Assembly: GCF_001194135.2 (NCBI RefSeq)
Contig: NC_069000.1
Coordinates: 10,509,610-10,563,173, forward strand
Length of the DNA stretch: 53,564 nt
DNA from: Octopus bimaculoides
Taxonomy: Eukaryota
Direction of reading: 5' to 3'
Under the pieces are notes generated by a model. The model did not search any database, had not been told where the DNA came from, and saw only the letters and a program-made list of their open reading frames with translations. Below, one piece after another: positions 52,503-53,564 of this stretch (position 1 is its first letter; each line of letters starts with the position of its first letter). The translations under genes and the position numbers were made by a program.

Positions 52503-52572
52503 AGGTGCAGGAGTGGCTGTGTGGTAAGTAGCTTGCTTACCAACCACATGGTTCCGGCTTCAGTCCCACTGC
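52503..52572 (+). mobile_element. SINE-B head only
   Basis: AGGTGCAGGAGTGGCTGTGTGGTAAGTAGCTTGCTTACCAACCACATGG...CAGTCCCACTGC. Confidence 0.85.
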
Positions 52573-52845
52573 AGATGCCACATGGATATTCTATTTCAGA
52601 TAATACAAAAATAACCCAATGAGTACATCTGACAGTAAACTCATGGTATCAGTTTGAACATCACGAAATATTACATAAAGGATATAACGGAAATTACCAG
52701 CAGGGTATATTATATATGCTTCATTAATTATATCCTGCATTAGTTAATACTTATATTTATTAAACATGAAGGAACTACACGTGTTTCAGTATTGGAAGAT
52801 TACAATATATATACATATGCACAACTGTATACCTATATATATAGG

Positions 52846-53045
52846 TATGGGAGAATTCACGAAAAAACAACATATGAAGACAGGTGGTGTAAACAACAAA
52901 TGGATGTATTAGTATAATGCTCGGGAATAGAGAAAGTCTTTAATGTTTCGAGCCTATGCTCTTCAACAGAAAGGAACACAGAAAGAAATAAGGAGAGAAA
53001 CTAGGAAAGAAAAAAGGGAGAGAAAAAATATGTGTAGTGGTCAGT
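52846..53045 (-). mobile_element. Penelope-like terminal-repeat fragment (same family as 40355-40690)
   Basis: Pairwise similarity to 40355-40510. Confidence 0.7.
52937..52974 (-). ncRNA. Minimal hammerhead-like motif with CUGUUGA core (second copy)
   Basis: CUUU-CUGUUGA-A-GAGC(AUAG)GCUC-GAAA-CA-UU-AAAG. Confidence 0.6.
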
Positions 53046-53564
53046 GATCTATCATAAATACGTATATGCAATCGTCAGATTTACAATTATTCCAACACAT
53101 CTTCAGGTTCTATTTCAAAATATTATATATCTAATTTTACATCCCTTTAAAAATAAGCAATACAATTAAGCATTAAAGATTAAAAATTAAAAATTAAGAA
53201 TAAAAATTATACTTTGTAATATTAAGAATTAAAATTTATGAATTATTCATTATAAATATGAATTAGTATATCATCATCATCATCATCATCCATGTAAAAT
53301 CAAGTATATGTCAAATACAGAATGTGAGATATAAGATTAAACATCAGAATAAAAATGTCTGTGTTTAAATGTGATATATAACAAGAAAATTCAAATACAT
53401 ATCCTCCATTTTTTTTACTGGAACTAAAATGGTGATTTGAGGAAGAAGATAGCAGGGAACTATGGGTATTTATAGGTGATTAGTAGCAAGGGAGGTAATT
53501 ATACTATACATAGTTTTAATTTTAAATCATCCTTTATTATTTTCAAATTTACCAATATTGAGAG

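Larger units (their letters stand above)
52772..53110 (-). ncRNA. Split hammerhead motif: halves at 53110-53090 and 52797-52772, about 270-bp insert between
   Basis: Joined halves read GAAC-CUGAAGA-U-GUGUUGGAA(loop)UUCCAAUAC-U-GAAA-CACGUG-UA-GUUC. Confidence 0.65.

Overview
Repeat-saturated, AT-rich animal genomic DNA from a draft assembly with 20 N-gaps, most flanked by (TA)n/(TG)n. The repeat repertoire looks like an octopod cephalopod; this is recognition from memory, not a database result. No host exon, intact tRNA/rRNA or CRISPR array can be supported, and nearly all ORF-track entries are microsatellite or gap artefacts. Supportable content: (1) many copies of several short retroelement families, labelled here SINE-A, -B, -D, -E, -G and RTE-tail family C; (2) decayed coding remnants of an RTE LINE, a CR1/L2-type reverse transcriptase (YADD), a hAT transposase, a mariner transposase with TIR, a Penelope-type GIY-YIG fragment and possibly an L1/Tx1-like ORF1; (3) MITEs, minisatellites and a 310-bp local duplication. 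The most interesting signal is five minimal hammerhead-ribozyme (HHR) motifs on the minus strand. One sits inside a tRNA-headed (Pol III) SINE. Two share a non-canonical CUGUUGA core. One is split by insertion of another HHR-bearing element into its stem II loop, and one is decayed. A 96-bp fold-back palindrome also interrupts the HHR-bearing SINE. All ribozyme calls rest on manual motif and pairing analysis; activity is untested.
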